IMG/VR virus record: IMGVR_UViG_3300030116_005269 | Span: 1-64,000 of that record | Direction: 5' to 3' (one strand) | Length of the DNA stretch: 64,000 nt | Origin: an uncultured virus (IMG/VR IMGVR_UViG_3300030116_005269) | Taxonomy: Duplodnaviria > Heunggongvirae > Uroviricota > Caudoviricetes | Shown here: positions 1 to 9,637 of the stretch, one piece after another | Position numbering within the stretch: position 1 is the first letter of the stretch | How the letters are laid out: each line of letters begins with the position of its first letter | Program-made: the position numbers and the translations under genes | Notes under the pieces: model-generated | What the model was told of the DNA's origin: nothing | The model's input: the letters and a program-made list of their open reading frames with translations, nothing else | Database searches by the model: none

Positions 1-326
1 CAATTATGAGGAAACCAACTATGGCTATCTATTTGTAGTACATAATCCTCATTTTTATACATACTATCTACGGTAGCTCTAGCTTTACCAACACCTATAT
101 TAAACTTTCTAAAAGGTTGTGTAATGACTCTAAATTGCGCCCCAAAGCTCTCAGCTTCCTTTTTAACGGACATAAAATCCTTTAGGGTGTCCTCGTCTTT
201 ATACATCAAACTAATCCCAAATCTAAGTTTATGTGGCGCTCTTGCTTTTATAACACAATCCATAATTGTAGGTCCAAGCTCCGTGTCGTCTAAAGAGCAG
301 ATTTTAACGAAAATTGTTTGGGACAT
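1..326 (-). CDS. Gnt1/GT60-like GlcNAc-transferase family glycosyltransferase (partial, runs off the window)
   Basis: Manual translation, not in the ORF track: MSQTIFVKICSLDDTELGPTI...LRFGI...GVGKAR...EDYVLQIDSHSWF. The LQIDSH motif is typical of Skp1-GlcNAc-transferase-like enzymes. Confidence 0.75.
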   Translation of the reverse strand, partial: MSQTIFVKICSLDDTELGPTIMDCVIKARAPHKLRFGISLMYKDEDTLKDFMSVKKEAESFGAQFRVITQPFRKFNIGVGKARATVDSMYKNEDYVLQIDSHSWFPHN

Positions 327-1255
327 ATCTATCTATTGTTTCACCTGATAAAATTTTAACTTTTGCATATTCTTGATATTTTATAATTTTATCATAATTA
401 TCTGGATCGTCTAAATAATTAGAAACATTGTCATACTTTTGTTGTTGTAAATCTNNNNNNNNNNCTACCCATATATAAGTGCATAATGGTTGGCTCGTCA
501 AATAAAGGAAAGACAAAGTTAAAACCTGCGTCAAATAAGTTTATAGTCCACGGCATCTCCTCGTCCTCAAATATAACCCACTCAGGTAAATGTTCTACTA
601 AGTTATACCTAGAAAAACTAAAATTACCGGAAAATCTTACATTAGGTACAATTTCGTCGCCATTTGGATTTAGATCTGTCATAACATGAGTTGGTAATCT
701 ATCATGCCAATTAAATCTCATCATTTTTTGGTGTATATCATTTTCGTCGTCAACGACAAAATATTGATAGCGTAGATTAGTCAATTCTTTTCTAAAATGC
801 GGGACTCTATTACCCTCGTCATCAAAATAATACAATCCTGCATAACCGTTAATAATTGGCTTAGTTATTCCTCGATCGTCTGCTATTTTGTGCTTTTCTT
901 TAATTTTAGTGTCCCAACCATTAGCAAACATCATGTGTCCGTCGATAAGCATTTTATACTCTTCGTCTTGACACATAGCATACGATTTTATACGACCTTT
1001 AGCTAGACCAATAACATCTACAATATTATCTTCCGTAATATGCTCGTAATCTACTCTAAACTCATTATCAAATTGACTTATAAAATCTGTAAATGCGTAT
1101 CGTGTATAATTTTTGGTGTATTGAAAATATATTCCAAACACTAAATTTTCAGGTTGATCAGCACTTAAAATACAATTTGATATAGTAGGACATACTTCGC
1201 TGTCATTAAAACAGGCGAAATACACATAAATCTTTTCAGCATTGTCCTCCTTCAC
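304..1255 (-). CDS. Gnt1/GT60-like glycosyltransferase, interrupted by the N gap at 455-464
   Basis: IYVYFACFND, LVFGI, GLAKGR, EEYKMLIDGHMMFANGWD, SGNFSF, EDEE, MHLY. The C-terminus probably continues after the gap in the 304-534 frame. Confidence 0.7.
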
Positions 1256-1373
1256 AGCACGCCACCACCTTTTGATTAAATTGCGGACATTTGTAATTAT
1301 AGCAATATAATCCCGCGTGTCTTTCCATTAATGTATGGTTGCATACAGGACACGGCGGGTCACTCTTCTTCAT
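1236..1373 (-). CDS. 45-aa Cys-rich protein
   Basis: Manual: MKKSDPPCPVCNHTLMERHAGLYCYNYKCPQFNQKVVACCEGGQC; overlaps both neighbours. Confidence 0.6.
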   Translation of the reverse strand: MKKSDPPCPVCNHTLMERHAGLYCYNYKCPQFNQKVVACCEGGQC

Positions 1374-1518
1374 CTTTTTTTTCCGGATTGTCTAAAAATA
1401 TAACTTTTATAGACATACTACAATTACTCGGTGATTGATCACACATCCATTTATTATTTGCTATGTGTTTAAGTGGCGCATTGCACTCAACACATCTATT
1501 GATTCTTTTTCTGCTCAT
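1360..1518 (-). CDS. 52-aa zinc-ribbon-like protein
   Basis: Manual: CVEC...CDQSPSNC; AGGAG upstream. Confidence 0.6.
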   Translation of the reverse strand: MSRKRINRCVECNAPLKHIANNKWMCDQSPSNCSMSIKVIFLDNPEKKDEEE

Positions 1519-1639
1519 CTAAAATCTCCTGTACTACTTCGCCGAAGTATTTAAAAAATCTTGTACCCATAACAGCTAGCCATACTAAAAGACCAATAGA
1601 AGTTATAGATACTGTTAAAACTAAAATTATTTCTGTCAT
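1496..1639 (-). CDS. 47-aa single-TM membrane protein
   Basis: Manual: MTEIILVLTVSITSIGLLVWLAVMG...; GGAG RBS. Confidence 0.6.
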   Translation of the reverse strand: MTEIILVLTVSITSIGLLVWLAVMGTRFFKYFGEVVQEILDEQKKNQ

Positions 1640-1662
1640 TAGAACTCCCTTCTGGGACTAAT

Positions 1663-1857
1663 TTACATAACTGCTTGAACAAGAACTACTAAAGCGGAAA
1701 CTGCTACTAGCCACCCGCTTAATTCAGCTCTTGATATTTTTGAATTTACCTTTTCGTGTAATTGATCGATACGGTCGTTTATTCTTTCCTGCCCATCTAA
1801 TACAAGCATAATCATTTCCTTTTGTGTAAGACCAACAGGATGCTTATGCTCACTCAT
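1663..1857 (-). CDS. small coiled-coil protein with C-terminal TM helix
   Basis: ORF track; hydrophobic C-terminus. Confidence 0.65.
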   Translation of the reverse strand: MSEHKHPVGLTQKEMIMLVLDGQERINDRIDQLHEKVNSKISRAELSGWLVAVSALVVLVQAVM

Positions 1858-2115
1858 TTAAAACTCTTCTTTTTTTCCGCCAAATGCTTCATTTATTTCA
1901 TCAATAGTTAGTTTACCGTCATCGAGAAAACCACGAGCTAGTGCTTCTGTGACTTTGGCGACACCCAAAGACCCGGCCAAAAGCACGGAGCTAAGGGTGT
2001 CAATACCAATAATTGATCCTGCTCCAATGATTGCTAGTCCGTTAGCAACGAATACAGCGACCATACGAGCCATGATCATTTTGATTTTTTGCAATTTGGA
2101 TAAACCGCTAGGCAC
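1858..2115 (-). CDS. small membrane protein (holin-like)
   Basis: Two hydrophobic segments, charged C-tail, GGAGG RBS. Confidence 0.55.
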   Translation of the reverse strand: MPSGLSKLQKIKMIMARMVAVFVANGLAIIGAGSIIGIDTLSSVLLAGSLGVAKVTEALARGFLDDGKLTIDEINEAFGGKKEEF

Positions 2116-2155
2116 TATTTACCTCCGCAGCATCCATTTCCGCAACATTCCATAG

Positions 2156-2461
2156 TTAATCTCGCAATCTAATAGTCACTAACCATATAATTGTAGATAC
2201 GACTATTGCAATACCTACAATATCTTGTGCCGTTCCGGTCAAAGTAAACCAAGCAATAAAAAAACCAAGTAAGGTGAAGATCTGCGCTATTGACTCTTTA
2301 ACAACATCAAATAGCCACTTTGCTATACCTTTTATACTTATTTTCTTTATTTGCTTCCAAGTCCACTTTGTAGAACTTATAAAACTTTTTATGGACAACT
2401 TAACAAATTGATAAGGTAGTCCCAATACATTATTTAAAAATCTAAAAATCTTTTTGATCAT
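2156..2461 (-). CDS. membrane protein with two C-terminal TM helices
   Basis: ORF track; basic amphipathic N-terminus. Confidence 0.65.
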   Translation of the reverse strand: MIKKIFRFLNNVLGLPYQFVKLSIKSFISSTKWTWKQIKKISIKGIAKWLFDVVKESIAQIFTLLGFFIAWFTLTGTAQDIVGIAIVVSTIIWLVTIRLRD

Positions 2462-5215
2462 CTAAAATCTCCTAATTAAAGCACCCGCTTGAGCGATAAT
2501 TTGAGAAGCAATAATAACCGGTACTACTACTTCTTGTGCTTTTTCTTTTTGGTCGCTTGTCATGTCAGCGCCTATCGACCCCAGATCCATCTCTCTAATA
2601 TCTATATTAACACTTGTCAGCTCACCTATTGGATTTTCCAAAAACGCCTCTACTTGTACCTCTGTGACAACATCTGCAAGTGTAAAATTTTCAACATCTT
2701 CGTTAGCAATAGCTCTTTCAACATATTCCTCAACAGCTGTAGCTATGTTTTCTTCTTCGGCTGCTTGTTGTGCAATAATTTCAACATCTTCCGCCGCTGT
2801 TTCTTCTTCAAAACCTAACACTTCACCAACGGCTTGTTTTTCTTCTTCGTCTAATTCAGCTACGGTTTCTACCTTTGTGACTTCTTTAACAACAGCTTTT
2901 ACAACAGCTTTAGTTGTTGTATCAGCATTACCTAAGTTTTGTACGGAAACCTTAGCTACTTCTTTTACGACTTCTACTTTTTCTTCTGTATCAAGTTCGG
3001 CAACAACTTCCGCTACCGCCTCTTCTACCTGTTCTATGTACTCTTCTTGCTCTTCAACCGACAGATCTTCTAACTCTTCTTCCTCGATAATTTCTATTTC
3101 ATTATCCTCAAATACTTCGGTCAACTCCTCTACTTCTACTACTTCTGTAATAGCTTCCTCAGCAGCCTCTACTAAAACTTCTACTTCTTCTTCTGTGAGT
3201 TGTACCTCTTGATCTCCCTCCGTACCAAAAAATGAGTTATCCTCATCTTGTTCAGGTTTATCTGGGATAGTCGTTGTAGTAGTGGTTGTAGTCGTGGTCG
3301 TAGTCGTCGTAGTAGGAGGTACGACAATAACAATCTCTTCCAAGTTAATTTCTGGCGTTGTGTCAACTTTATAATCATCAAAATCCGTATTTTCTTTTAT
3401 TTCAATTATAGTTTCTACTAACTCAATTATGTCTATTGGCTCTCCACCACCACCAAATTGTGATTGGTCATCATCGTCTGTGTCTGTAGTTGTAGTAGGT
3501 AATACAATAGAGTCTTTAATTTCTTGCTCAATACGAGCCTTTTCTTCCGCTAATTCTCTAGCAACTCTTTCCTCGTCTGTTTCGCTATAACCTGTTTCAG
3601 CTTCGTTTTTGTCACGCTGTCTTTGTAATTCTGCCAATCTATCTTGTTCTTCTTGATATTCCCTGTCAGCACGCTCTTGGTTAGTTTCATAATATCCTGT
3701 TTCGGCAAAGTTAGATTGTCTTTCTTGCTCTAAAGCCTCTTCAATAGCTTTTAGACGGGCTTGCTCTTCTTCATACTCTCTTTGCTCACGATCTCTACGC
3801 TCTTGATCTGTTTCGTAATAACCTGTTTCGTTAAAATTTTTATTTTTTTCGTTTTGTATAGCTTGTTGTCTTTTGCGTTCAGCCTCTTCTTCAGCTAAAC
3901 GCTTTTGTTCAGCGTCGTAATCGTCTTGTGCTTTTTGATTAAATACTGTTAGCGTCGGCTCGGTAGAATAACCACTATAAACATTATAAGTAGAGCTATA
4001 AGCTCTAATTGAAAATTCGTAAGTGTTGTTAGTAATTGCACTATAAGGTATAGTGTACTCTGTATTTGTTATGTTATAGACAACAGTTTCGTTTTCTGCG
4101 TCTATTCTGTAATATAAATCATAAGACTCAGCAATTCTAGTTCCTGTGTTAGGCATATCCCATACAACTTTGACACCACTATTGTAAACATTTTCTACTG
4201 TAGGATTCATTGGTGGTCCAACAGTATTATCTACTGTATAAGTCGCCTCAACATCATTACACATCCAATTAGTAGCACAAGTTGATAAACGATAGTAGTA
4301 AGTGCCGTTTAGAGTGTCATATTCTATTGCGTCATTGTTATCTACCCACGGTAAAGTAAATTCCGTAGTATCGGTATCTGTACTTCTATACACCTCAAAC
4401 CAAGTGTTAGCGTTATAGTCTTGATCATAGGTTTCTGCTACTAATATTCTATACCCACCTATTGTGACACCGTTATCGGATGGTGTGTCCCAATCAACTG
4501 TTATACCACTTGAGCTTTCACTAATTGTATAACTAGATATTCCGTTAGGCGCAGGGGGTAAAGTTGTGGTAGTAGTGGTAGTAGTAGTCGTTGTGGTAGT
4601 TGTAGTTGTAGTTGTAGTTGTCGTAGTGCTAGAAGTCGTAGTTGTTGTAGCAAAACTACCTGTAGATATAGCATCGTCGTATTGAAAATACATATCGTCA
4701 AAGCTAGACCAATCGTGTATGTCAATAACAAACTTTGTTATAAATTTATCTGTGTTTTCTGCTACTGCATTGTAATCAGTAAATGATTTATAAAATGTGT
4801 CATACATATCTGCACCATTATTTCCATAAGCCTGTGCAGACTTGTTTTCTGTTTCGGTTGTATCATCCGAATAATAAAAAGTGACTGAGTATGCTTGATT
4901 GACTGCACCTACTTCAAAACCTACTTCATATACATCTATATCACTTGAAAATTCAAAAGTATATTCGTGAGTACAACTACCATGAACTTGATGACATAAA
5001 CTTAGAAATTGTCCCTGCGTTCCGTAATTACTACTTTCTGTCCAAACAGTATTATGTGAATTACTATTTTCTCTTGTAATAGTAAAGTAGCCATCCCAAT
5101 CTTGATCACTAAAACCCTCGTTGACGGTGACTTCTTGTGCTACTGCTAAGGGGAAAGGATATATTAGTAAAGCAACAATTAATAAACGAACTAAGGTATT
5201 GAACTTACGAAGCAC
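2462..5215 (-). CDS. 917-aa secreted/surface protein: signal peptide, FN3-like domains, poly-Thr linkers, charged coiled coil, acidic C-terminal half
   Basis: Signal-like N-terminus (LLIVALL...AVA|QE); ITVDWDTP/VKVVWDMP FN3-like strands; long Thr runs; three ETGYxET repeats. Confidence 0.75.
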   Translation of the reverse strand: MLRKFNTLVRLLIVALLIYPFPLAVAQEVTVNEGFSDQDWDGYFTITRENSNSHNTVWTESSNYGTQGQFLSLCHQVHGSCTHEYTFEFSSDIDVYEVGFEVGAVNQAYSVTFYYSDDTTETENKSAQAYGNNGADMYDTFYKSFTDYNAVAENTDKFITKFVIDIHDWSSFDDMYFQYDDAISTGSFATTTTTSSTTTTTTTTTTTTTTTTTTTTTTLPPAPNGISSYTISESSSGITVDWDTPSDNGVTIGGYRILVAETYDQDYNANTWFEVYRSTDTDTTEFTLPWVDNNDAIEYDTLNGTYYYRLSTCATNWMCNDVEATYTVDNTVGPPMNPTVENVYNSGVKVVWDMPNTGTRIAESYDLYYRIDAENETVVYNITNTEYTIPYSAITNNTYEFSIRAYSSTYNVYSGYSTEPTLTVFNQKAQDDYDAEQKRLAEEEAERKRQQAIQNEKNKNFNETGYYETDQERRDREQREYEEEQARLKAIEEALEQERQSNFAETGYYETNQERADREYQEEQDRLAELQRQRDKNEAETGYSETDEERVARELAEEKARIEQEIKDSIVLPTTTTDTDDDDQSQFGGGGEPIDIIELVETIIEIKENTDFDDYKVDTTPEINLEEIVIVVPPTTTTTTTTTTTTTTTIPDKPEQDEDNSFFGTEGDQEVQLTEEEVEVLVEAAEEAITEVVEVEELTEVFEDNEIEIIEEEELEDLSVEEQEEYIEQVEEAVAEVVAELDTEEKVEVVKEVAKVSVQNLGNADTTTKAVVKAVVKEVTKVETVAELDEEEKQAVGEVLGFEEETAAEDVEIIAQQAAEEENIATAVEEYVERAIANEDVENFTLADVVTEVQVEAFLENPIGELTSVNIDIREMDLGSIGADMTSDQKEKAQEVVVPVIIASQIIAQAGALIRRF

Positions 5216-5229
5216 TCTCTCATCACTTC

Positions 5230-5574
5230 CTACCTCTTCCCGCCATCATATTTTACTGCGTGTCCTTCCTTAACCATTAGTTCGTTTATATTGACCTCAT
5301 TTATGTAGATCTCCCCCAAGACACGGCCATATTTACCTACACCATAAGATTTCATTTCTAATTCGTCCTCGGCGGACTCAAGTTTGTCTATAAGCCAAGA
5401 TTTCGCAGCCAACCCTCGTTTTTTCTCTTCTTTATCTCTTGTTCGTGATTCAGGAGCATTAATACCCACGAGTCGAATACGACATTTATGCCACACATTA
5501 AAACCCAAATCAATTCTGACATCGATCGTATCTCCATCTACTACTCTTAATAACTCTATTTTATAATAATACAT
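5230..5574 (-). CDS. thermonuclease (SNase) family nuclease
   Basis: RVVDGDT, RIRLVGINAPE, GKYGRVLG. The start is placed at ATG 5574 (GAGGA RBS) because the upstream ATG lies inside a hairpin. Confidence 0.9.
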   Translation of the reverse strand: MYYYKIELLRVVDGDTIDVRIDLGFNVWHKCRIRLVGINAPESRTRDKEEKKRGLAAKSWLIDKLESAEDELEMKSYGVGKYGRVLGEIYINEVNINELMVKEGHAVKYDGGKR

Positions 5575-5589
5575 TTGATCCTCTAAACA

Positions 5590-5614
5590 ATAGGAGGACA
5601 TATAGTCCCCCTAT
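5590..5614 (-). terminator. hairpin/terminator after the holin gene
   Basis: Minus strand ATAGGGGGAC-TATAT-GTCCTCCTAT followed by TGTTT. Confidence 0.5.
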
Positions 5615-5633
5615 CGACGCACTTGTAATTAAA

Positions 5634-5858
5634 TTAACCTTTTGGAAAGTTAGACATAAATTTGAACGGTGCTTCCTCAATAACATTTTGTAATGCTGAG
5701 AAAAACGCAGCGCCTGCTGCGACAACTGCACCCTCAAGTACACCCATATCCAACCATCCGGTTTGGGCTGCAACAATTACACCAAAACCTGCTTGAAGTC
5801 CTGTTCTAACTGCTCTTATTAATGACACTTTAAAAGCGTCTGTTAATTCCCAATTCAT
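5634..5858 (-). CDS. holin
   Basis: RAVRTGLQ motif and two TM segments; directly follows the endolysin. Confidence 0.7.
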   Translation of the reverse strand: MNWELTDAFKVSLIRAVRTGLQAGFGVIVAAQTGWLDMGVLEGAVVAAGAAFFSALQNVIEEAPFKFMSNFPKG

Positions 5859-5867
5859 ACGAATCTC

Positions 5868-6662
5868 CTAACTTTCTTTTGCAAAAGAAATGTCCCAAGT
5901 TTGTTTACCTAAGACACCATCTTCTGTCAACCCAAATTCTTTCTGGATTTCCAGAACTTTTCCTTTAGCCTGATTACCAAACCACCCGTCAGCTGTTATG
6001 CCAACTTGCTTTTGCCAATCTTTAAGCTTTTCGTCAAAAATCATTGGCGATTGTTTTTTGTATAATTTATTAGGCCATTTAGGAAAATCTTTAGAAAAAT
6101 CAAATACTTCAGTTTTTTTCTTTTGATCAATAGGACTATAAGAAATTACAGGCTCACTTCCTGATACGGTTTTAAATTCTTGTCCCTCTATGTAGTCAAA
6201 ATCTATATATCTTACTAATACTTTTTCGCCACTAAGTATTGCATCTCTTATAAGCGGGTAAACGGTCTTATACGCATTTACGGAAGATCCCACAAACCCG
6301 TCACTTTGCACAAGATTACTTGTTTGTGAATTTCCTAAAATTAAACAACCGCTGGTCGATTCATCTGTATTCCCCGTGTGCCAAAGTATATACTCGAATC
6401 CCGGGACATTGTTGACATAGATCATGCCACGATGCCAATCAGCACCATACTTGGAGGTATAACGCGAGTGAAAGCCACCTTCGCTACGAAGTGTTAATGT
6501 GTATGTCCCTGCGGGAATACGCGTTTCATGTTTTATTTTTTCGGCTCGAAATTCATCTTCGACGGTGTAGCAAAGAAACTTGCGTTTGTTGTCGGTGACA
6601 TCAAATAAAATACCACTTGTGGAATCTTCTTGTGAGCTGATTCTTAGGACTTCTAATTTCAT
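5868..6662 (-). CDS. putative endolysin (DUF5675-like catalytic domain plus peptidoglycan-binding domain)
   Basis: TRIPAGTY, ILWHTGNT..STSGCLILG; C-terminal ADGWFG...Q...GLTEDGVLG..TW. Confidence 0.75.
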   Translation of the reverse strand: MKLEVLRISSQEDSTSGILFDVTDNKRKFLCYTVEDEFRAEKIKHETRIPAGTYTLTLRSEGGFHSRYTSKYGADWHRGMIYVNNVPGFEYILWHTGNTDESTSGCLILGNSQTSNLVQSDGFVGSSVNAYKTVYPLIRDAILSGEKVLVRYIDFDYIEGQEFKTVSGSEPVISYSPIDQKKKTEVFDFSKDFPKWPNKLYKKQSPMIFDEKLKDWQKQVGITADGWFGNQAKGKVLEIQKEFGLTEDGVLGKQTWDISFAKES

Positions 6663-6702
6663 ACATGACTATATTAAATGACAAGAAGTTGGTTTCAGGT
6701 AT

Positions 6703-7944
6703 TTAAGAGTTGTTTGGAAAAAATATTTGATCTTTTACAAAATAAGTGTCACTTTTAGCACTTATAGTAAAGCAAACTTGTGCAGGTCCCGAATCATCAC
6801 CTGTCATATCCTTAAACCATTTAGAGCCACCGTCCATAGATGGTGCTTGTATAAACCACCTACCACGATTAGGGTGCATAAAGTAATGATGAAAATGACC
6901 CCATACAAGTAGATCTGCGTCTCCTACCGGCGTTCTACCCATAGATTGACCTGCAAACCATTTAATACCTTTATCAAATGCAAACCTACCAGATTTTACT
7001 GAAACTCCGGAACGAAATTGGTGTCCGTGAGCAAATCCCACAATTTTACCTGAAATTTCTACTGTTGCTGACAACTCGTCGTCTGGTATATAAAATTTAA
7101 CATGACCAAATGCTTTAGGGTTTTGTTCAAGTATTTCTTGTACTTGCTCAACAACTGCAACATCGTGATTGTCTGCAAAATCCGTGTAAGTTTTTCCGTT
7201 GTTTCTGTTTTCCCCGTGATTCCCGGCTATTGCACATACAACTACATTTTTAAATAATGGCGACCACTCTGTCAAAGCTTTGACCATTATTCTACGAGCA
7301 ACCTTAACTTGATCACGAAGATTCAGCTCGCCACCCCACTCTTGAGTCGGGTAATGCCCACTACAATTTTCGATAATATCACCTAAAGATAATATGTATA
7401 AGTTTTGGATCTTCCTACCATTTTTGCGTTGTGTTTCTACATAATCAACAAAGTCAGGTATCATTTGATTTAATCTTTCTACAATACCTTTTGTACCATC
7501 TCCATCCGGCTTGCCTAACTGCCAATCACTCCAACAAAAGACAATGCTATCGTCGGTGCTTGTTTGTAGCTTTTTAGGTTTCTTTGCTTTCTTTACTTCT
7601 TTTAGCAAAGCGTCGTAGTCAGGATCGTTAGGGTTTACTTTCCCACGAGATTGTATTCGTGCTTTGTAATAAAATAGTCGTTTCCCACCATCGACCATAG
7701 AATCCCAACTACGAACTTCTACCGGCTCTATAACCTCGTATTTCTTTGGATCAAGCTCAAGTTGTTCTAATATATCGTCAAAGACTTTTATATTACTATC
7801 TTCTTGAGGTTGCGAAGTTATTTCACCCTTACTCCCTTTGAGCCTATAACCCGGCTCAAAACCTTTAGGATGTACATTTTTAGATTTTCTTTTAGCGTTT
7901 GTTAAATCGCTTTTATTTTTATTATATTCGTCAAGACTTGACAT
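6703..7944 (-). CDS. metallophosphoesterase (calcineurin-like), possibly a nuclease
   Basis: SDWQLG, LGD, GNHG, AHGH, GHFHH motifs. Confidence 0.8.
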   Translation of the reverse strand: MSSLDEYNKNKSDLTNAKRKSKNVHPKGFEPGYRLKGSKGEITSQPQEDSNIKVFDDILEQLELDPKKYEVIEPVEVRSWDSMVDGGKRLFYYKARIQSRGKVNPNDPDYDALLKEVKKAKKPKKLQTSTDDSIVFCWSDWQLGKPDGDGTKGIVERLNQMIPDFVDYVETQRKNGRKIQNLYILSLGDIIENCSGHYPTQEWGGELNLRDQVKVARRIMVKALTEWSPLFKNVVVCAIAGNHGENRNNGKTYTDFADNHDVAVVEQVQEILEQNPKAFGHVKFYIPDDELSATVEISGKIVGFAHGHQFRSGVSVKSGRFAFDKGIKWFAGQSMGRTPVGDADLLVWGHFHHYFMHPNRGRWFIQAPSMDGGSKWFKDMTGDDSGPAQVCFTISAKSDTYFVKDQIFFPNNS

Positions 7945-8167
7945 ATTGTTCCATAGTATTTCTCAAAGCTGTTCTAATAGAGTCTATGGACAAAGGACAA
8001 TTTTTCTCTTCAATTAACCATTTTGCTGCTGTTTGTGCGGGTACACCTTTTAATTTCACGCCCTCACAAGCTTCTATCCACGCAGCCCTGTTAGACTCGT
8101 TTTGCTCTCGCCACGCCGTTGATCTTCTTGTGGGTTGAGATGATGCATACTCTTCTAAAGAAGACAA
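7931..8167 (-). CDS. small helical (HTH-like) protein
   Basis: ORF track; overlaps the phosphoesterase start. Confidence 0.55.
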   Translation of the reverse strand: MSSLEEYASSQPTRRSTAWREQNESNRAAWIEACEGVKLKGVPAQTAAKWLIEEKNCPLSIDSIRTALRNTMEQYVKS

Positions 8168-8169
8168 AA

Positions 8170-8403
8170 TTATTCCTCTTCTGCTTGAGTTGGTGCTGTT
8201 TTTTGTGCGCCAATATCATTTAACACTTGATTTAAAGCATTGTTTTGTACTTTTAGCTCACTATTTCTCAACTCAAGATTAGCTATTTTATTAGCAGTAT
8301 CTTGCACTATTTCTTTATATGTTTTGTTTTCTGCTAACAAACGATTAACTAAGTCCGCTGTTTGTTCAGGGGATAGTTCTTGTTGTTGTTCTGGATTAGC
8401 CAT
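8170..8403 (-). CDS. coiled-coil hypothetical protein
   Basis: Heptad pattern; AAGG RBS. Confidence 0.6.
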   Translation of the reverse strand: MANPEQQQELSPEQTADLVNRLLAENKTYKEIVQDTANKIANLELRNSELKVQNNALNQVLNDIGAQKTAPTQAEEE

Positions 8404-8474
8404 ACCTTACCTTTCAACTATTTATACATCAGTATATTCATTATTATATACACTCAAGAAGACATTTTCTTGAT

Positions 8475-8624
8475 TTATGAAGAAGTTTTTTTAGATTCCT
8501 CTTTACCGTAAATTTCGTTAAATGGTTGGTCACTAAGGGGTTGATCTACAATACTTCTTGGTGATCTGTCCGTTATTTTGCTTTTTTTAAGCAAATCATA
8601 TTCTAAGTTGTAGTTATTTACCAT
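8475..8624 (-). CDS. 49-aa hypothetical protein
   Basis: Manual: MVNNYNLEYDLLKKSKITDRSPRS...; fills the gap after the ferredoxin. Confidence 0.5.
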   Translation of the reverse strand: MVNNYNLEYDLLKKSKITDRSPRSIVDQPLSDQPFNEIYGKEESKKTSS

Positions 8625-8630
8625 AATACT

Positions 8631-8894
8631 CTATGGTACTATAAAAATACATTCTCCCGGGCATTCCTCTGCTGCTTCGGTCACTAAATCCTCTTGACCT
8701 TTAGGTACTCGTGCTAACCCCTCTGCGCCCTGATCGTTGTTGTGTATTTCGCTAAAAATTTTTAATTCACCAAAATTACCAACTACTTCTTGAACATAAG
8801 CTAAACCGTCATTTTGCATAACAAAAACATCAGGTGCTATTTCAGCGCAAAGTCCGTCACCTGTGCAAAGATCTTGATCTATCCATACTTTCAT
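8631..8894 (-). CDS. single-cluster ferredoxin (actinobacterial type)
   Basis: IDQDLCTGDGLC..IAPDVF ... AAEECPGECI (CxxDxxC...CP). Confidence 0.9.
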   Translation of the reverse strand: MKVWIDQDLCTGDGLCAEIAPDVFVMQNDGLAYVQEVVGNFGELKIFSEIHNNDQGAEGLARVPKGQEDLVTEAAEECPGECIFIVP

Positions 8895-9637
8895 TGAAAC
8901 CTATTCTTGTTAATCTGTCTGTACCCACCTGTCATTTTACTTCTTAATTTAAAACTTTCGTCCCTTATAGCGTGATCGTGTTTTTCATCCCACTTACTAA
9001 CTACAAGATTCTTTTTTTCTCTTTTAAAAGGTATTACATGTAAAAACGGCATACCTCTTTTAATTAATCTTTCACCCTCACTATGCCATACGCTAGGAAA
9101 ATTTACTTGATGGAAAGTGTCTGTTTCTACAACACCCGGAAACAAAGTAAAATCTTTATTAGGGTGTAGTTGCGGTTGTAAAAATAGTGTTGACCAACCC
9201 GGTGGTGTCCAAAAAAACCACGGGCTAGTAAACTTTACAGCTCTACGATAATCATTTCTTTCAAAAGGATATGTGCTAAATTGTTGCTCGTCATGAAACT
9301 CTAAAGTACTTCCTATGCCATTGTCGTCACTAAAGTTAGTTTCAAAATGGAAAGTTTCACCTACTCTTTGTATTAACATATCACACCAAAAAGGAATAAT
9401 ATAACCTTCTGTGAAGTAATCAACAACAGCAGGACACTTCTTTATTGTATGCAAATTCAAATCTTTTATAAGAGAACTCATAATAGGAAATGGTTTGTGA
9501 TTGTCTTGTTGAAGATCTAAAGGTAGTTTTTTAAACCACTCCGGTATCATTTGACTTGCAGGTACAGGTGGTGCTATGTCGGGTAATGCAGGTATAATAC
9601 TTGCAAACTCTATATTATTTTTTTTTACCCACCTCAT
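8891..9637 (-). CDS. DUF6065-like / dUTPase-fold-like protein (paralog 1)
   Basis: KKCPA..GYIIP.W, KFTSPW..TPPGWS, PGVVETD, RGMP..HVIPFKR. Confidence 0.6.
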   Translation of the reverse strand: MRWVKKNNIEFASIIPALPDIAPPVPASQMIPEWFKKLPLDLQQDNHKPFPIMSSLIKDLNLHTIKKCPAVVDYFTEGYIIPFWCDMLIQRVGETFHFETNFSDDNGIGSTLEFHDEQQFSTYPFERNDYRRAVKFTSPWFFWTPPGWSTLFLQPQLHPNKDFTLFPGVVETDTFHQVNFPSVWHSEGERLIKRGMPFLHVIPFKREKKNLVVSKWDEKHDHAIRDESFKLRSKMTGGYRQINKNRFQ

